Shown piece after piece: positions 40,679 through 54,236 of a DNA stretch of 64,000 nt. This DNA comes from Octopus sinensis (Eukaryota). Both the position numbers and the translations under genes were made by a program. The stretch spans positions 43,040,464-43,104,463 of the forward strand of contig NC_043011.1 in the NCBI RefSeq assembly GCF_006345805.1, given 5' to 3'. A model generated the notes under the pieces. It searched no databases. It had not been told where the DNA came from and was given only the letters and a program-made list of their open reading frames with translations. Each line of letters starts with the position of its first letter. Position 1 is the first letter of the stretch.

Positions 40679-40842
40679 TACGACGGGCTTCTTTCAGTTT
40701 CCGTCTACCAAATCCACTGACAAGGCTTTGGTCGGCCCGAGGCTATAGTAGAAGACACTTACCCAAGGTGCCACGCAGTGGGACTGAACCCGGAACCATG
40801 TTGTTGGTAAACAAGCTACTTACCACACAGCCACTCCTGCAC
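40391..40842 (-). mobile_element. SINE family B, full length, young
   Basis: Near-consensus head, CORE-like domain, microsatellite and tail. Confidence 0.92.
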
Positions 40843-41114
40843 CTAATTATTTTTCTTTGTCTTTATCCCTCATTTCTGCTATCATTCTCTTACGAACCAT
40901 CAATATGTTCACATTTATCCCTGGATATTTACACTATGAAGGCTATAACCATACATGGATTTGCATAGGAATGCACCTAAAGACTTATGGACTAACATCG
41001 GAAAGTTGAACTATGAACATTTATACTTCTTTTTTTTTTCTTTATCTTCATTCCTTTTTTCCAGTCCTTATTTCATCGTTTCCTTAATCTGTACCCTTCA
41101 CATTTTGCTTAGTT

Positions 41115-41153
41115 GTCTCCGATGACGGAATATCTCAGAAACAACTGTGAGAC
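41115..41153 (+). ncRNA. Fossil hammerhead-like motif
   Basis: GTCT-CCGATGA-CGGAATATCTCA-GAAA-CAACTG-TG-AGAC: perfect 4-bp helix I, but U4>C and a non-permissive GUG triplet. Confidence 0.35.
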
Positions 41154-41373
41154 TTAAAATTTTTCTAATAATAATAACGTATATGACTTGAGATGTTTGT
41201 CTTGCCTTAGAATTTTTTGTCCTCTTTAACAATTATATATCTGCTATATCAGAAATATACAAGGGTTCCATAACTGCCTTCTCGGCTATGAGCTTGGAAC
41301 CCTGGTAATCCGTCACAGCACTTACTCAGCGACCTAGTCGTTTATATCACCTGTGAGCCACACACCCATATTT

Positions 41374-41433
<60 letters not shown>

Positions 41434-41559
41434 GGTAGAGAGAGAGAGAGAAAGAGAGAAAGAGACAGACAGACAGAGCGAGAGCGATTGAGAGAAAGAG
41501 ATAGAGAGAGAAAGAGATAAAGAAATGAATTGGGGTGTGTTCGTTGTGTTTGTCATTTG

Positions 41560-41755
41560 TCGTCACTCTCTTTCACCAGCTGAGAACGGGTGTTGGTTTG
41601 TTTACGCCCCCATAACTTAGAGATGCATTAAATAAGCACCAGACTTTAATAAGATATGTACTAGGCTTGATTTGTTAGACTAAGTCACTTCAAGGCGATG
41701 ACCCAGAGTGGCCGCAGTCCAATGACTGAAACAAGTAAAAGATAAAAGATATAAA
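41560..41755 (+). mobile_element. SINE family B 3' half, alternative tail subtype
   Basis: TTCAAGGCGATGACCCAGAGTGGCCGCAGTCCAATGACTGAAACAAGTAAAAGATAAAAGAT. Confidence 0.7.
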
Positions 41756-42249
41756 CGAAGCCCGAGAGAAATATAGTTGTTATTTCTAGCAGGCGGAATG
41801 ACCACGTAGAAGCTATCATATGGCTCAGGCTCATCACATCGAATGTAATGTCATGTAATGTAATGTAATGTACTGTAATACATTAGTAACACATATTTGA
41901 CAATGCTAACATGCTTTCAAATACACCTAAACTATGTAGAGTAACTGAATTTGGTAAAGGAATGTGCAAACGAGTCGGCAGTTGGCATACAGAAAACGTG
42001 AATGGAGAAATATCACTGTGATCTTACGCCTACACATATATGTGTCTGTCTTCGTAAATACGTATGTATGTGTGCAAGTGTGGGGTGGGGAGGATAAGAA
42101 CAAGGGGAGAGAAATAATAAGAGAGAACGATGAGATGGAGAGAGATATACAGAGAGACAGAGAGACAGACAGAAGGACAGGAAAAGAAGAATAGATATTT
42201 ATATGGATGCATAACATACCTACTCCCACTGAAGTACGCCATGCGCAAA

Positions 42250-42259
42250 CCATATCACA

Positions 42260-42316
<57 letters not shown>

Positions 42317-42320
42317 GCAC

Positions 42321-42351
<31 letters not shown>

Positions 42352-42360
42352 ACACACACG

Positions 42361-42408
<48 letters not shown>

Positions 42409-42614
42409 CAAACACACACACACGTATAAAATATATAAATTCAGATTTGCAAATAATTTTTTTCTTTCATATCTAATTAGTTTCAGGAATGTAATATCAA
42501 AGCCACCATATTGGATTTATTTTTTCATTTTCCTAATATTCCACTTGTCACATGTCTTGTTAAATAAAATTTTTTCTTCTTTATACACACTTGAGCAAGC
42601 GTATGTATGTATAA

Positions 42615-42660
<46 letters not shown>

Positions 42661-42711
42661 TATATATATATACATACATATATGTATATATATGTATATA
42701 CATATATATAT

Positions 42712-42786
<75 letters not shown>

Positions 42787-42800
42787 CATATATAAATATG
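42250..42800. repeat. (CA)n and (TA)n tracts
   Basis: Direct reading. Confidence 0.9.
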
Positions 42801-43714
42801 TTGTATGTATGTATGTATGTATATTCGTACAATTACGCAAGCATAGGTCTCCATGCACTTGTACACACACAAAAGAACACACGTGTGTGTTAAGGCACAC
42901 GCACGCACACACACATACACACACACATACACACCACATATACATACGCACCCACGCAATCACACACACTTGAAATTTCTAAAAGAATTCAACGCGCAAT
43001 TAGCCGTAAGTACATATAGGGGATATGTATGTGCATGTGTGTGTGTGTGTGTGATAGTAAGTGTATGTATGTGTATGTATGTGAGTGTTTGTATGTGTAT
43101 AGTTCCTCATCTCTTAAATATAGAACTGTATTATTTAAATTTCAATCTTACAAACTGAAAAGGGAGCTTGACAAAATTCGCTAAATTAGCATTGAATAAT
43201 GGTTTCATAGTTTTTTATAATTAAGGTCTAAACTGTTAATATATGAATGCGAAAGAGATTGCTGAATAACCGGAAAACTCTGAATGTTAGTGCTTGACCG
43301 TACTGTACACCGTTGTCCCATTTCATAGACAGGTAGTTGTATTCTATCAGCCGGTTAAACACTTCGAAAATCTTAACGAAGTGTGATTTTATCACTGTGT
43401 AGCTTCTTGCCAGAATTTCATAAATTGGAAAACGAACCCCCGGGATGAAGTTTATTTATCCAATTAGACGCTGAGCGAAATTAATATCTTTGTTCTTTAG
43501 TCACAGATCAGCTTGGAATCAGCAGTCCAATTGTTAAACCGTTTCATTTTTTTTTCATACAAAATGTGTAGATTTACTTTATCGAACATTTCCTTTAATT
43601 ATTTTTGGATAATTTTGAGATTGTACGTGTGATTTGAACGAGATTTGGCATGTGTTTGATGAAGTCTTCTTGTAACTAGGTAGAAGCTATCCTTTGGGCT
43701 AACGTTTTATATTG

Positions 43715-44160
43715 TTATGTATGTATGTATGTATGTATGTCTGTAGTATGTATGTATGAATGTATGTATGTAATGTATTTATTTAGTGTATTATATATGT
43801 ATGTAATGTATGTATGTATGTGGTATGTCTGTATTATGTATGTATGTATGCATGCATGTATGTATGTATTTAATGTAATGTATGTATGTATGTATGTATG
43901 TAATGTATGTATGTATGTAATGTATGTAATGTATATATGTATGCATCATACATGCATCATGTATGTATGTATGTATCATGCATGTATGTATGTATGTATG
44001 TATGTATGCATGCCCTGTATGTATGTATGTATGTATGTAATGTATGTATGTATGTAATGTATGTATGCATATAATGTATGTATGTATGTATGTATGTATG
44101 TATGTATGTATGTATGTATGTATTTATTTATGTATGTATGCATGCATATATGTATGTATA
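43715..44160. repeat. Degenerate (TATG)n
   Basis: Direct reading. Confidence 0.95.
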
Positions 44161-44690
44161 CTGTTAAATTAGTTTCAGCTCTAGAGCTGGTGCCAATGTG
44201 GCGCACCTGCGATTAAAAAGTTACCAGCTGGCGACTACGGACATTCGAACCTCTTAGATACTGGTTGAGCCTTCTGTACCATTAAGTTAAGCGGCCCTTA
44301 TACTTTTATTTATCTAAATCATTGAATTCTTTTTAAAGTTGTTACTTATTATATCGGTCTCTTCTAAGATACAGAAACGTAAAGAGACGAACAGCTCAGT
44401 CCATCGTATCCAGAGTATGGGTTATTGATTTATTTTACACAAATATGGAACATTGAAACTGAACAAATCTCATTAAACGCGGCCTAAGGTGTTGATAGGA
44501 TATCAACTGTGATTTTCTCACTGGCATTAATTGTGACATTCGTGCCTGATATTTGCACCGATATTTCTGGAGTCCTATGTTCATTCATATCTGTGCTTAT
44601 ATTTATTGCGAATTGCGTGTGATAATTGTAATGATATATGTTGCTTATATTTCTTGGTGACATTTCTTACGACATTAGCAGTTGATTTAA

Positions 44691-45290
44691 GGCGGCGAGC
44701 TGGCAGAATCGTTAGCACGCCGGGCGAAATGCGTAGCCGTATTTCGTCTGCCGTTAAGTTCTGAGTTCAAATTCCGCCGGGGTCGACTTTGCCTTTTATC
44801 CTTTCGGGGTCGATAAATTAAGTACCAGTTGCGCACTGGGGTCGATATAATCGACTTAATCCGTTTGTCTGTCCTTGTTTTTCCTCTCTGTGTTTGGCCA
44901 CTCGTGGGTAGTAAAGAAATAGGTATTTCGTCTGCCGTTACGTTCTGAATTCAAATTCCGCCGAGGTCGACTTTGCCTTTCATCCTTTCGGAGTCGATTA
45001 AATAAGTACCAGTTACGCACTGGGCTCGATATAATCGACTTAATCCGTTTGTCTGTCCTTGTTTGTCCTCTCTGTGTTTAGCCCCTTGTGGGTAGTAAAG
45101 AAATTGGTAAAATTGCTCACTGGCATTTCGTCCGCTCTTACGTACTAAGTCCAAATTCCGCCGAGTTCGACTCTGCCTTTCATCCTTTCGGGGTCCGTGA
45201 AATAAGAACCAGTTGAGCACTGGTTGGTGGTGGTGGGGGAGGAGAGCAGTGTAATCGACCTACCCCTTCCCAGAAATTGCCAGCTTTGTG
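44691..45290 (+). mobile_element. SINE family A trimer (LINE-tail, LINE-tail, old-tail units)
   Basis: Unit 1 at 44691-44922, unit 2 at 44923-45104 starting GTATTTCGTC, unit 3 at about 45122-45290. Confidence 0.9.
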
Positions 45291-45496
45291 CAGTTGATAC
45301 ATGCTGCCATTACATTTTCTTAGCTAGTAACGGCCAACTACGCTTCAATACTAAACACGCCGCCATTGAGCACTATCCATCATGTCTCTTGTACAGCAAA
45401 CACCCGAATGAAAACCACAACAACACATTCCTTCGCCGCTATTCAAAGATTATGTTTTATAACGTGATCGCAGCAAAGAATTTATTTGCTATCTAC

Positions 45497-45720
45497 TCTC
45501 TCTTTACTCTCTTTTTACTCTTTTACTTGTTTCACTGATTTGACTGCGGCCATACTGGAACACCGCCGTTAGTCGAGCAAATCGACCCCAGGACTTATTC
45601 TTTGCAAGCCTAGTACTTATTCTATCGGTCTCTTTTTGCCGAATCGCTAAGTTACGGGGACGTAAACACACCAGCATCGGTTGTCAAGCGATGTTGAGGG
45701 GACAAACACAGACACACAAA

Positions 45721-45784
<64 letters not shown>

Positions 45785-45955
45785 CGTATATATACCGGAC
45801 TTATTTCACCTTCCGTCTACCAAATCCACTCACAAGGCTTTAGTCGGCCCGAGGCTTTAGTAGAAGACACTTGCCCAAGGTTCCACGCAGTGGGACTGAA
45901 TCCGAAATCATGTGGTTGGTAAGCAAGCTACTTACCACACAGCCACTCCTGCGCC
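45497..45955 (-). mobile_element. SINE family B, full length
   Basis: Collinear with 40391-40842. Confidence 0.92.
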
Positions 45956-47345
45956 TATATTATCATAATTATTAAGCTTTATTCTGAAAAAAAAAACTCC
46001 TTCTATGCTAGAGCGATCCTCTCCAGTCATGCCCCAAGCAAGAATTTACCATTCTGTTACGCACCAATGACACCACATCACCACCATCACTGCTACTATA
46101 CTACTGCTACTATTACTACTGTTATTGCTGCTACTGCGACTACTACTGTTGCTGCTACTGCCACTACTACCACCACCACCACCACCACCACTACCATAAC
46201 CACCACTACCACAAACACCACTACAACTACCACCACCACCACCACCTCTACTACTACTACTATATCCTTTGTCGCAAACCTCACGCCAGATTTATAAACT
46301 ATGTCACGACCTGCATTAGAAAAAGAGCGCCAATTACTCGTGTACTAATTATAATATCCAATATCCCACTCATCCGGAGAAAACACACTTACACACAGAC
46401 ACATACACACATTGAATTACAGATTCATGTATATGCATTCTATATAGTTAGTTTATATTTGATATGGTAGGATACATAACCAAACTCACACAGAATCTGG
46501 AACGAACCCAGCGAAAGCACAGTTTCAAAGCCACAGCTATGATAAATGTATCAGAAATGTTATGAGAGGAGCACAATATAAAAAAACATGATATGACACC
46601 AGAACTAAATTATCAAGAAGGATACATACGGCACGTTGAAATGACAAAGTTACACACAAACCTTAGCAAACGCGCCGTACACCCCACCCCCTTGTATAGT
46701 CATTACAAAATATACCCAGAACTCCACCACTCATACATGTACGGTAACATATTGCACACGGCAGTTAATATTAATTATATATGTAAATATATATACACAC
46801 TTTCTCGAGTAAGAACACTTACATATGCGCAGAGGCATATAGAGAAAACGAGAGAGAGTGACAGACAGACACAGATAGAGACAGACAGAAAGATAGATAG
46901 ATAGGGGAGAAAAGGAAAGAGAGAGAGAAAGAGAAAGAGAGAAAGCAACAAAGACAGTTCAAATTCACAGACACTGTCAAACCGATACACGTATTCTGTA
47001 AACTCCAAATGCTTACATATAGTGAGGCATCGTAACTGTGCTCTGACATGAAACGAAAACTACCCAAATAACAGTCAATTGTATATATATATAGATCGAC
47101 AATCCTTACATAACATATTCACAAGAAAAAGGTTAAAAAAAAAAGTAATTACATACACACAAACACATGTACATATTCTTATACAAACGTACAAACCCAT
47201 ATCTATGCAGTTTGTCAGGCAACCATGATAGCATATAAGAATTATAATCACAACCACCAGCGCACACCTCTTCCAGCCGCATATAACCCCAACTGCAAAT
47301 CTGAAACACTTCTGGCTCGGGTAGTACACCATTAGACACATGCGC

Positions 47346-47378
<33 letters not shown>

Positions 47379-48024
47379 CATATATAATATATATATATAA
47401 TATATAGATTATATATATATATATATATATATAAAGTATAGCCGATACACATCTATAAATACAATCATTTACCTTTACATTTATATGCAGCACGCACCGA
47501 CATTTTAATTGGTATCTACTGCGCTCACCAACGTTCTAATTGAGACTCCAATTATACACGACGAAAACATGCTAACGTCACCGAATTGGCAAGAAAATTG
47601 TGCTGATTTATACTTCTTACCTTTTCAACAGTCATATACCATTGGTAATGATTTAAAGTGTGTTTCGTATTATACACACGCACAGTCATGCGTACGTACA
47701 TACATACCCGGATAATACTTTACATATATGCATACGTATAAAAACATTTACATAAAAACATTTATATATTTGACATCTCAAGCTGATATTATAGCCAATG
47801 TGTCAGTAATGTCTGAATATAAAATGCCGACAATATTTACGTAAATACATACATTATTACATTCATACATACATATATACATCCATATATGTATAGAAGT
47901 TTATATACACATATATATATATATATATATACGATTTATATCTGTGTGTGTTGTGTGTGTATGTATGTAATATATATATATATATATATAGATATATATA
48001 TATTATATATAGAGAGAGAGAGAG

Positions 48025-48060
<36 letters not shown>

Positions 48061-48119
48061 AAGAGAAAGAAAGATAGATAGCTAGCTAGATAGATAATAA
48101 ATAGATAGATAATATATAT

Positions 48120-48201
<82 letters not shown>

Positions 48202-48253
48202 GGATAAATAGATGGATAAATAGATGGATAAAAAGATAGATACTTGTCTTTCT

Positions 48254-48369
48254 ACTCTGAAGACGGAGGCCGGATCTACTTAATGGTTTATATACTTCGA
48301 CTACTGCCTGCGAACTACGTATGCCAACATTATGAAGTAATTCCGAACCCCTCAGAAACAGCTGTCGGT
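48254..48369 (+). ncRNA. Hammerhead-like motif with a long helix II insert
   Basis: ACT-CTGAAGA-CGGAGG...(about 90 nt between boxes)...CCTCA-GAAA-CAGCTG-TC-GGT; GUC triplet; only a 3-bp helix I. Confidence 0.4.
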
Positions 48370-48532
48370 CCTGTAGCACCATACCGTCTCCCCTTATTTT
48401 TTCCTGGTCTTTGTACTCTGTGTAAGTTTTGCTCTGTTGATATATAAATATCTATAAATTCATATTTGAATATTCATCTTCTGAATATTTTCATCATTTG
48501 TTTTGTCTCTATTTACATATATACATATATAG

Positions 48533-48899
48533 TGGAGGCGCATGGCCCAGGGTTAGGGCAGCGGACTCGCGTCGGAGGATCGCGGTTTCGATCCCAGACC
48601 GGGCAGTGAGTGTTATTGAGCGAAAACACCTAAAGCTCCACTAGGCTCAGGGGGGTGGTGGTGAACCCTGCTGTACTCTTTCACCACAATCTCTCCGCTC
48701 TTTCTTCCTGTTCTCTTGTACCTGTATTTCAAAGGCCAGCCTTGTCACATTCGTGGTCACGCTGAATCTCCTCGAGAACTACGTTAAGGGTACACGTGTC
48801 TGTGGAGTGCTCAGCCACTTGCACGTTAATATCACGAGCAAGCTGTTCCGTTGATCGTATCAGCTGGGACCCTCATCGTCGCAACCGACGGAGTGCTCC
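48533..48899 (+). mobile_element. SINE family C, second copy
   Basis: Collinear with 9801-10181 but with many 1-3 bp deletions. Confidence 0.85.
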
Positions 48900-49271
48900 T
48901 ATATTATATACATATATGTGTGTATTTTGTATATCTAGCTCAAGTGTTTTTATTTGTTTATTTGCCTCATTATCTCTATATCTGCTCACCTGGAATCCTC
49001 TTATCTCAACTCTCTACTCTGTGGACTTAGTCCTCGGTAAAGATTTCGGACAGAAAGTTAAAATCATTTGAGCGCTACAAAGTGTTTTCTATATTGTGCA
49101 TCTCTGGATTTCACCAGTTGTCACTTTCTGTCTCTGTCTGTCTACTCTCTCTCTCTCTCCCCCTCTCTCCCCCCTCTCTCTCCCTGCTGCTTTTAAATAA
49201 AGCATATTACTCTACCACTGGTATTTGAGTAATCTTTTTTCCACCTTGTTTCACATTTATGTGTTTACCTC

Positions 49272-49315
<44 letters not shown>

Positions 49316-49329
49316 CATACATACATACA

Positions 49330-49360
<31 letters not shown>

Positions 49361-49843
49361 GAAACATAAAAGCAGCTACACGTTTTTACAGAATAGGTGT
49401 TTCGTATCATAGGTCAACCGAAAATATATTGGTATATGTATTCTTAAGGTCAATTTGGCATTTATAATTTATATAAACAAATGGGAACAAGGGAAAATAA
49501 TGTGTCATATGTTGCTTCGAGTCATTTATATAGAAAAAGCTTTTAGTATATACCTTTTTGAGTTTTACGGCTAAAAGGTTTTTCGTAGTGCAAGTAAATC
49601 GTCATAATTAACAAATCTGTTTTAAGTTTCTCTGATTTCCAAAAAGTTTTAATGTAATTAAAACTTTTCCATATTTTTCCTTATTTAAAACCGTGTGCGG
49701 TTTAATGACTAAAATAGGCGCGCGCACACATACACATTCACGCACACACAAAAACACATATACACACAACACACACAACGCTTGTACATATACACAATAA
49801 CGAATATAGTATCTACATAATATAATACTATATATATATATTA

Positions 49844-50187
49844 TCTCTCTTATATAAACGGCAGTTAGCGTGTTTCTGTGTGTCGGTTTTCTCGACCCTC
49901 ACCCTGACCAGGCTTACCGCTTCTGATGAATGACACACACATAGCCAATGTCATAATTCAAAACTAACGCAGCGAAAATTTTGAAAAGTTCCCAGTTCTG
50001 AAAAAAATCGATAAATTCGACATGGGGTCGAAATAAAAAAAACAAACCACCGACTGTCTAGGGGACGCAATCAACTTTTTTTACTCTCAAAAACATTTAC
50101 CATCATTTTTTCCATTTTTTTGCTATTAAACTCTTTAAAATGCTTATAGTTATTCCCTACAAATGAGCAACGCCGGGCATATGCTAT
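49844..50187 (+). mobile_element. Putative non-autonomous Helitron
   Basis: A|TCTCTC start; GC-rich subterminal GAGCAACGCCGGGCATATG; end CTAT|T (one change from CTAG); A-T insertion context with no TSD. Confidence 0.45.
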
Positions 50188-50702
50188 TATATATAAAGAT
50201 AAATATATTACACACATACATACAACTGTGGTATATATATATATGATATATATATATATAATATATATATATATATACACATACATACATATATAAAGTG
50301 AAAGTGGAAAGAGGTGGGAGAGAGAGAAAGAGAGATTTCAAAGATGGATATAAAGGTAGATAAATCAATAGATAAATAGATATATGTATGTATGTATATG
50401 TGTGTATGTATGCATGTATGAATCTACATACGCAAACGTACGATACGCTTCCTGTAAACAGCATTCAACACTGTGATTCCTGCAGACATGTACATACAAG
50501 CACACACAGGCAGACACCTACACATGCCTCCCCCACACACTCACTCTCTTACACATACACGCGTATACACACACGCATAAACACACACACACACACACAC
50601 GCACGCCATGCATAAAGTGATGAAAGAGAGAAAGTACTCAATATGTATGAGTGAATATCATTATTTAATGTACAACGCCGGTTGTGTTCTGCATCGCTAT
50701 TC

Positions 50703-51045
50703 TGGGACCCCCCCCATTCGGTCACGACACAGCCCATGGGTTTGCACCTAGAAAGTTACCCTCCCAGGCACAAGTCCGGGCAAGGTTGTTTATGGAAGAC
50801 CAGCAGTCGCCCATGCATACCGGTCTCCCCTCTCCCGCCACCAGTGCTATCCAAGGGAAAGGCAAAGGGGGCGATACAGCTTGGCACCTGTGACGTCGCA
50901 ACTCATTTCTACAAAGCTGATTGAACTGGAGCAACGTGAAATAAAGAGTCTTGCTCAAGAAGACAACACGCAGCCCAGTCCGGGATTCGAGCCCACAACC
51001 TCACGATCGTCAGATCGACGCTCTAACCACTGAGCCATGCACCTT
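50703..51045 (-). mobile_element. SINE family D (tRNA head + CORE-like domain + distinct tail)
   Basis: Minus strand: GGTGCATGGCTCAGTGGTTAGAGCG...GGCTCGAATCCCGG...GTGTTGTCTTCTTGAGCAAGACTCTTTATTTCACGTTGCTCCAG...GACCGAATGGGGG. Confidence 0.85.
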
Positions 51046-51321
51046 TATAATATCGCTATATTGGGACAAATTTATGTATGTTTCAGAAGACAAATAAGAC
51101 TGACCAATGACGGAACTTTATACACTATCCAGTATGGCACCACAAGAGGACCACTTTATGGTTGACCCTTGGTCCTACTGTTTCTGAACGTTAATTTGTT
51201 AGAGAAACCATGGCAGGTAATTCCTAACATACCGAGTGCGGCATATATATTTATGTATTTACCCATGCTTTCATTAATAAAAGTTTACAAGTCGATAGCT
51301 ATATTTATGAACAACAAATAA

Positions 51322-52520
51322 GGCAGCGAGCTGGCCGAATCGTTGACATGCCGGACAAAAATGCCTAATGACGTTTACGATCTGAGTTCAAATTCCGCTG
51401 AAGTCGACTTTGCATTTCATCCGTTTGGGATAGATAAGTTAAGTTCCAGTTAATGTAATCAATTTAATCCTCCCGCAGAATTTCTGGCCTTGTGCCAAAA
51501 TTTGAAACAAATATTTACAATTCAAAACGGCCACCAGTTGCTTTCACTATAACCTTTAATGTATTTTCTTTATTGAAGTGCATGATTTATTATGATTAGA
51601 TAATGAGTAAACTATATACTGCTCCTTTTATGTATGGTATCTGTAAGATAGCAAGCTAGCAGAATCGTTAGCAATCTGGGCAAAATGTTTAGCGGCATTT
51701 CTTCCAGTTTTACATTGTGAATTCGAAGTGCGCCGAGGTCGCCTTGACCTTTCATGGGGTCGATAAAATATGTACCACTCGAGAAGTGTGTCGATGTAAA
51801 TGATTACCTCAAGCCCTCATTTCCGGAATTTTAAATTTTGTGCCTGTTCTGAAAAGGGAAAAAAATAATGTACATGGTATCATTAATCATTCTCGAAGGA
51901 AGTTAGTTAGCAATCATCCTTTGTCCTTTTGAGATGACAATTTACAGCCTTTATGTATGTGTAAAACGTAATTGGTACAGATGAAAGAGGTTTTTTTCTA
52001 TAATTTCTATGCTAGAAGTACAAAAGGTTTTCTCTCTGTTTGATAATGTTGGGTGATACAGGCAGGCGTAATGAAACATAATTGGTTCAGAGAAAAACGA
52101 GTATTTTTGTGTGTAAGGGTCTTGGATGATATTCTGCCTGGTTTAAATTTTCAATCAAACAAGAATTGTACTCGCCTTCAGGTTTGTTGTATGCTTTAAC
52201 GACGATGCTTCAATTTATAATAGCTTTCCTTCTCCTATATTCGTATATGGCGAGTGGCTGCACAATTTTCGTCAACCAAGATTCGCACACAAGGCGTTAA
52301 TCATCTTGGAAACTAAAGCAATGACTTATCAGAATCGTTAGCAGGCTGTGCGATATGTTTAGCGGCATTTCTTCTGTCTTTACCTCTGAGATCAAATCCC
52401 ACCGTGGTCAGCTTTGCCTTTATCCTTTCGGAGTTGATAAACTATGTACCTGTTGAGCACTGGGGTCCATGTAACCGACTTTCTCCTAACCCCCAAACTT
52501 GTCAAAATTTGAAACCCTTC
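51322..52520 (+). mobile_element. Three separate degenerate family A old-type copies (about 51322-51512, 51650-51850, 52328-52520)
   Basis: Each shows GAATCGTT(A/G) heads and GTCGA/CCTTT(C/A)ATCC body remnants; unique sequence lies between them. Confidence 0.65.
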
Positions 52521-53539
52521 TGATGATAAGGTGTTGCACTTGGGAATGAACCTGTAACCATGTGAAACAAATTTGTTACCACACAACCATGAAACAACTT
52601 GTACACATACATACATACATACATACATACATACATAATACAACATAACATACGCACATACACCCATACATACATAACACACACATACAACACGCCTATA
52701 CATACATACATACATACTACATACGTACACACACACCATACTACATACATACAGAATACATAATACGACATACATACATACGCACATACACACACTACAC
52801 ACAACATACGTACACACCTATAAACAACATACATATATACATACATACATACATACACACACATACCCATACAACATAATACATACATACATACATAATA
52901 CATACCTACATACATACATAACATACATACATATACATACATACATGTATACATATAGCTTTCAGTACATTGGAGCGGATACGTGTGTGTTTCAGTGTGC
53001 GTTTGTATGTGAATGTCTGTGTGTTGCCTGTGTGTATGTGTTGTAGTGTGTATGTGTGTGTTGTAGAGTGTATGTGTGTGTGTGTTGTAGTGTGTATGTG
53101 TTGCATTGTGCTTGTAGCGCGCGCGCGCGTGTGTGTGTAGAGGGGTTATAGAATGTACATTAGAAAGAAAGGAGGGCACTCAAATAGTTTTGAGAACATG
53201 TTTGTTCGAAAGTATTCAAAGTCAAAATTCCTCACAGCTTCATTCGTTCAATTGTCTTCCCTGTCTTTTATTTGCTCTCATCATTCATGCGAATCAATTT
53301 CTTCATATTGCTTTTTTACATTGGAGAATAACTGTCAACTTCTTTAACCTTCACTAAAAATATTCCCTGTCTTCATTGCGGGGAATATATTTATATACAA
53401 CTCCCCTTAAAGCCACAATGATTACCATATTTTCGTTATGCTTTGTTATAGACACAGTCTCAGAAATCACCACCGCTTCCCACCACCCCAGATTCAGAAT
53501 ACTGATACTGTGTGTGTGTGTGAGTGAGTGAGTGGAGTG

Positions 53540-53584
<45 letters not shown>

Positions 53585-53841
53585 TGTGTGTGTTTCAGGT
53601 AAGGATTTGATTATGCATTATGAATAAGATTATAATTAATGCTTTCACTATCAAGGAATACTATTCAAAGTACACCCGCGAGCACACGCGCACACAGCCC
53701 CCCCCCCACACGCACAAACACAAACAAGTATGTATTATATATGTATGTATGCATATGTGTGTGTGTAGACAGATATACATGAACACACACACACACATAT
53801 ATATGTACATATATATGTATATATATATATATGCATACATG

Positions 53842-53875
<34 letters not shown>

Positions 53876-54205
53876 TCTGTCTATCTTTCTATCTTCTATT
53901 TTATCTATCTATCTAATCTATCTATCTATCTATCTATCTATCTATTCTATCTATCTATCATCTATCTATCTATCTATCTATCTATTTATCTATCTATCTT
54001 CTATATCTATCTACTATCTTCTATCTATCTATATATCTATCTATTATATTTATCTATCATCTATCTATCTATATCATCTACTATCTAGATCTATCTATCT
54101 ATCTATATTATCTATCTATCTATCTATTATCTAATCTATCTTCTATCTATCTATCTATATCTATCTATCTCTCTCTCTCTCTCCTCTCTATCTCTCTCAT
54201 ATATA

Positions 54206-54236
<31 letters not shown>

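Noticed and set aside
44691-45290. CRISPR-like repeat/spacer reading of the repeated units
   Set aside because: Eukaryotic context; units are ~190-bp SINE modules without unique spacers; no cas genes.
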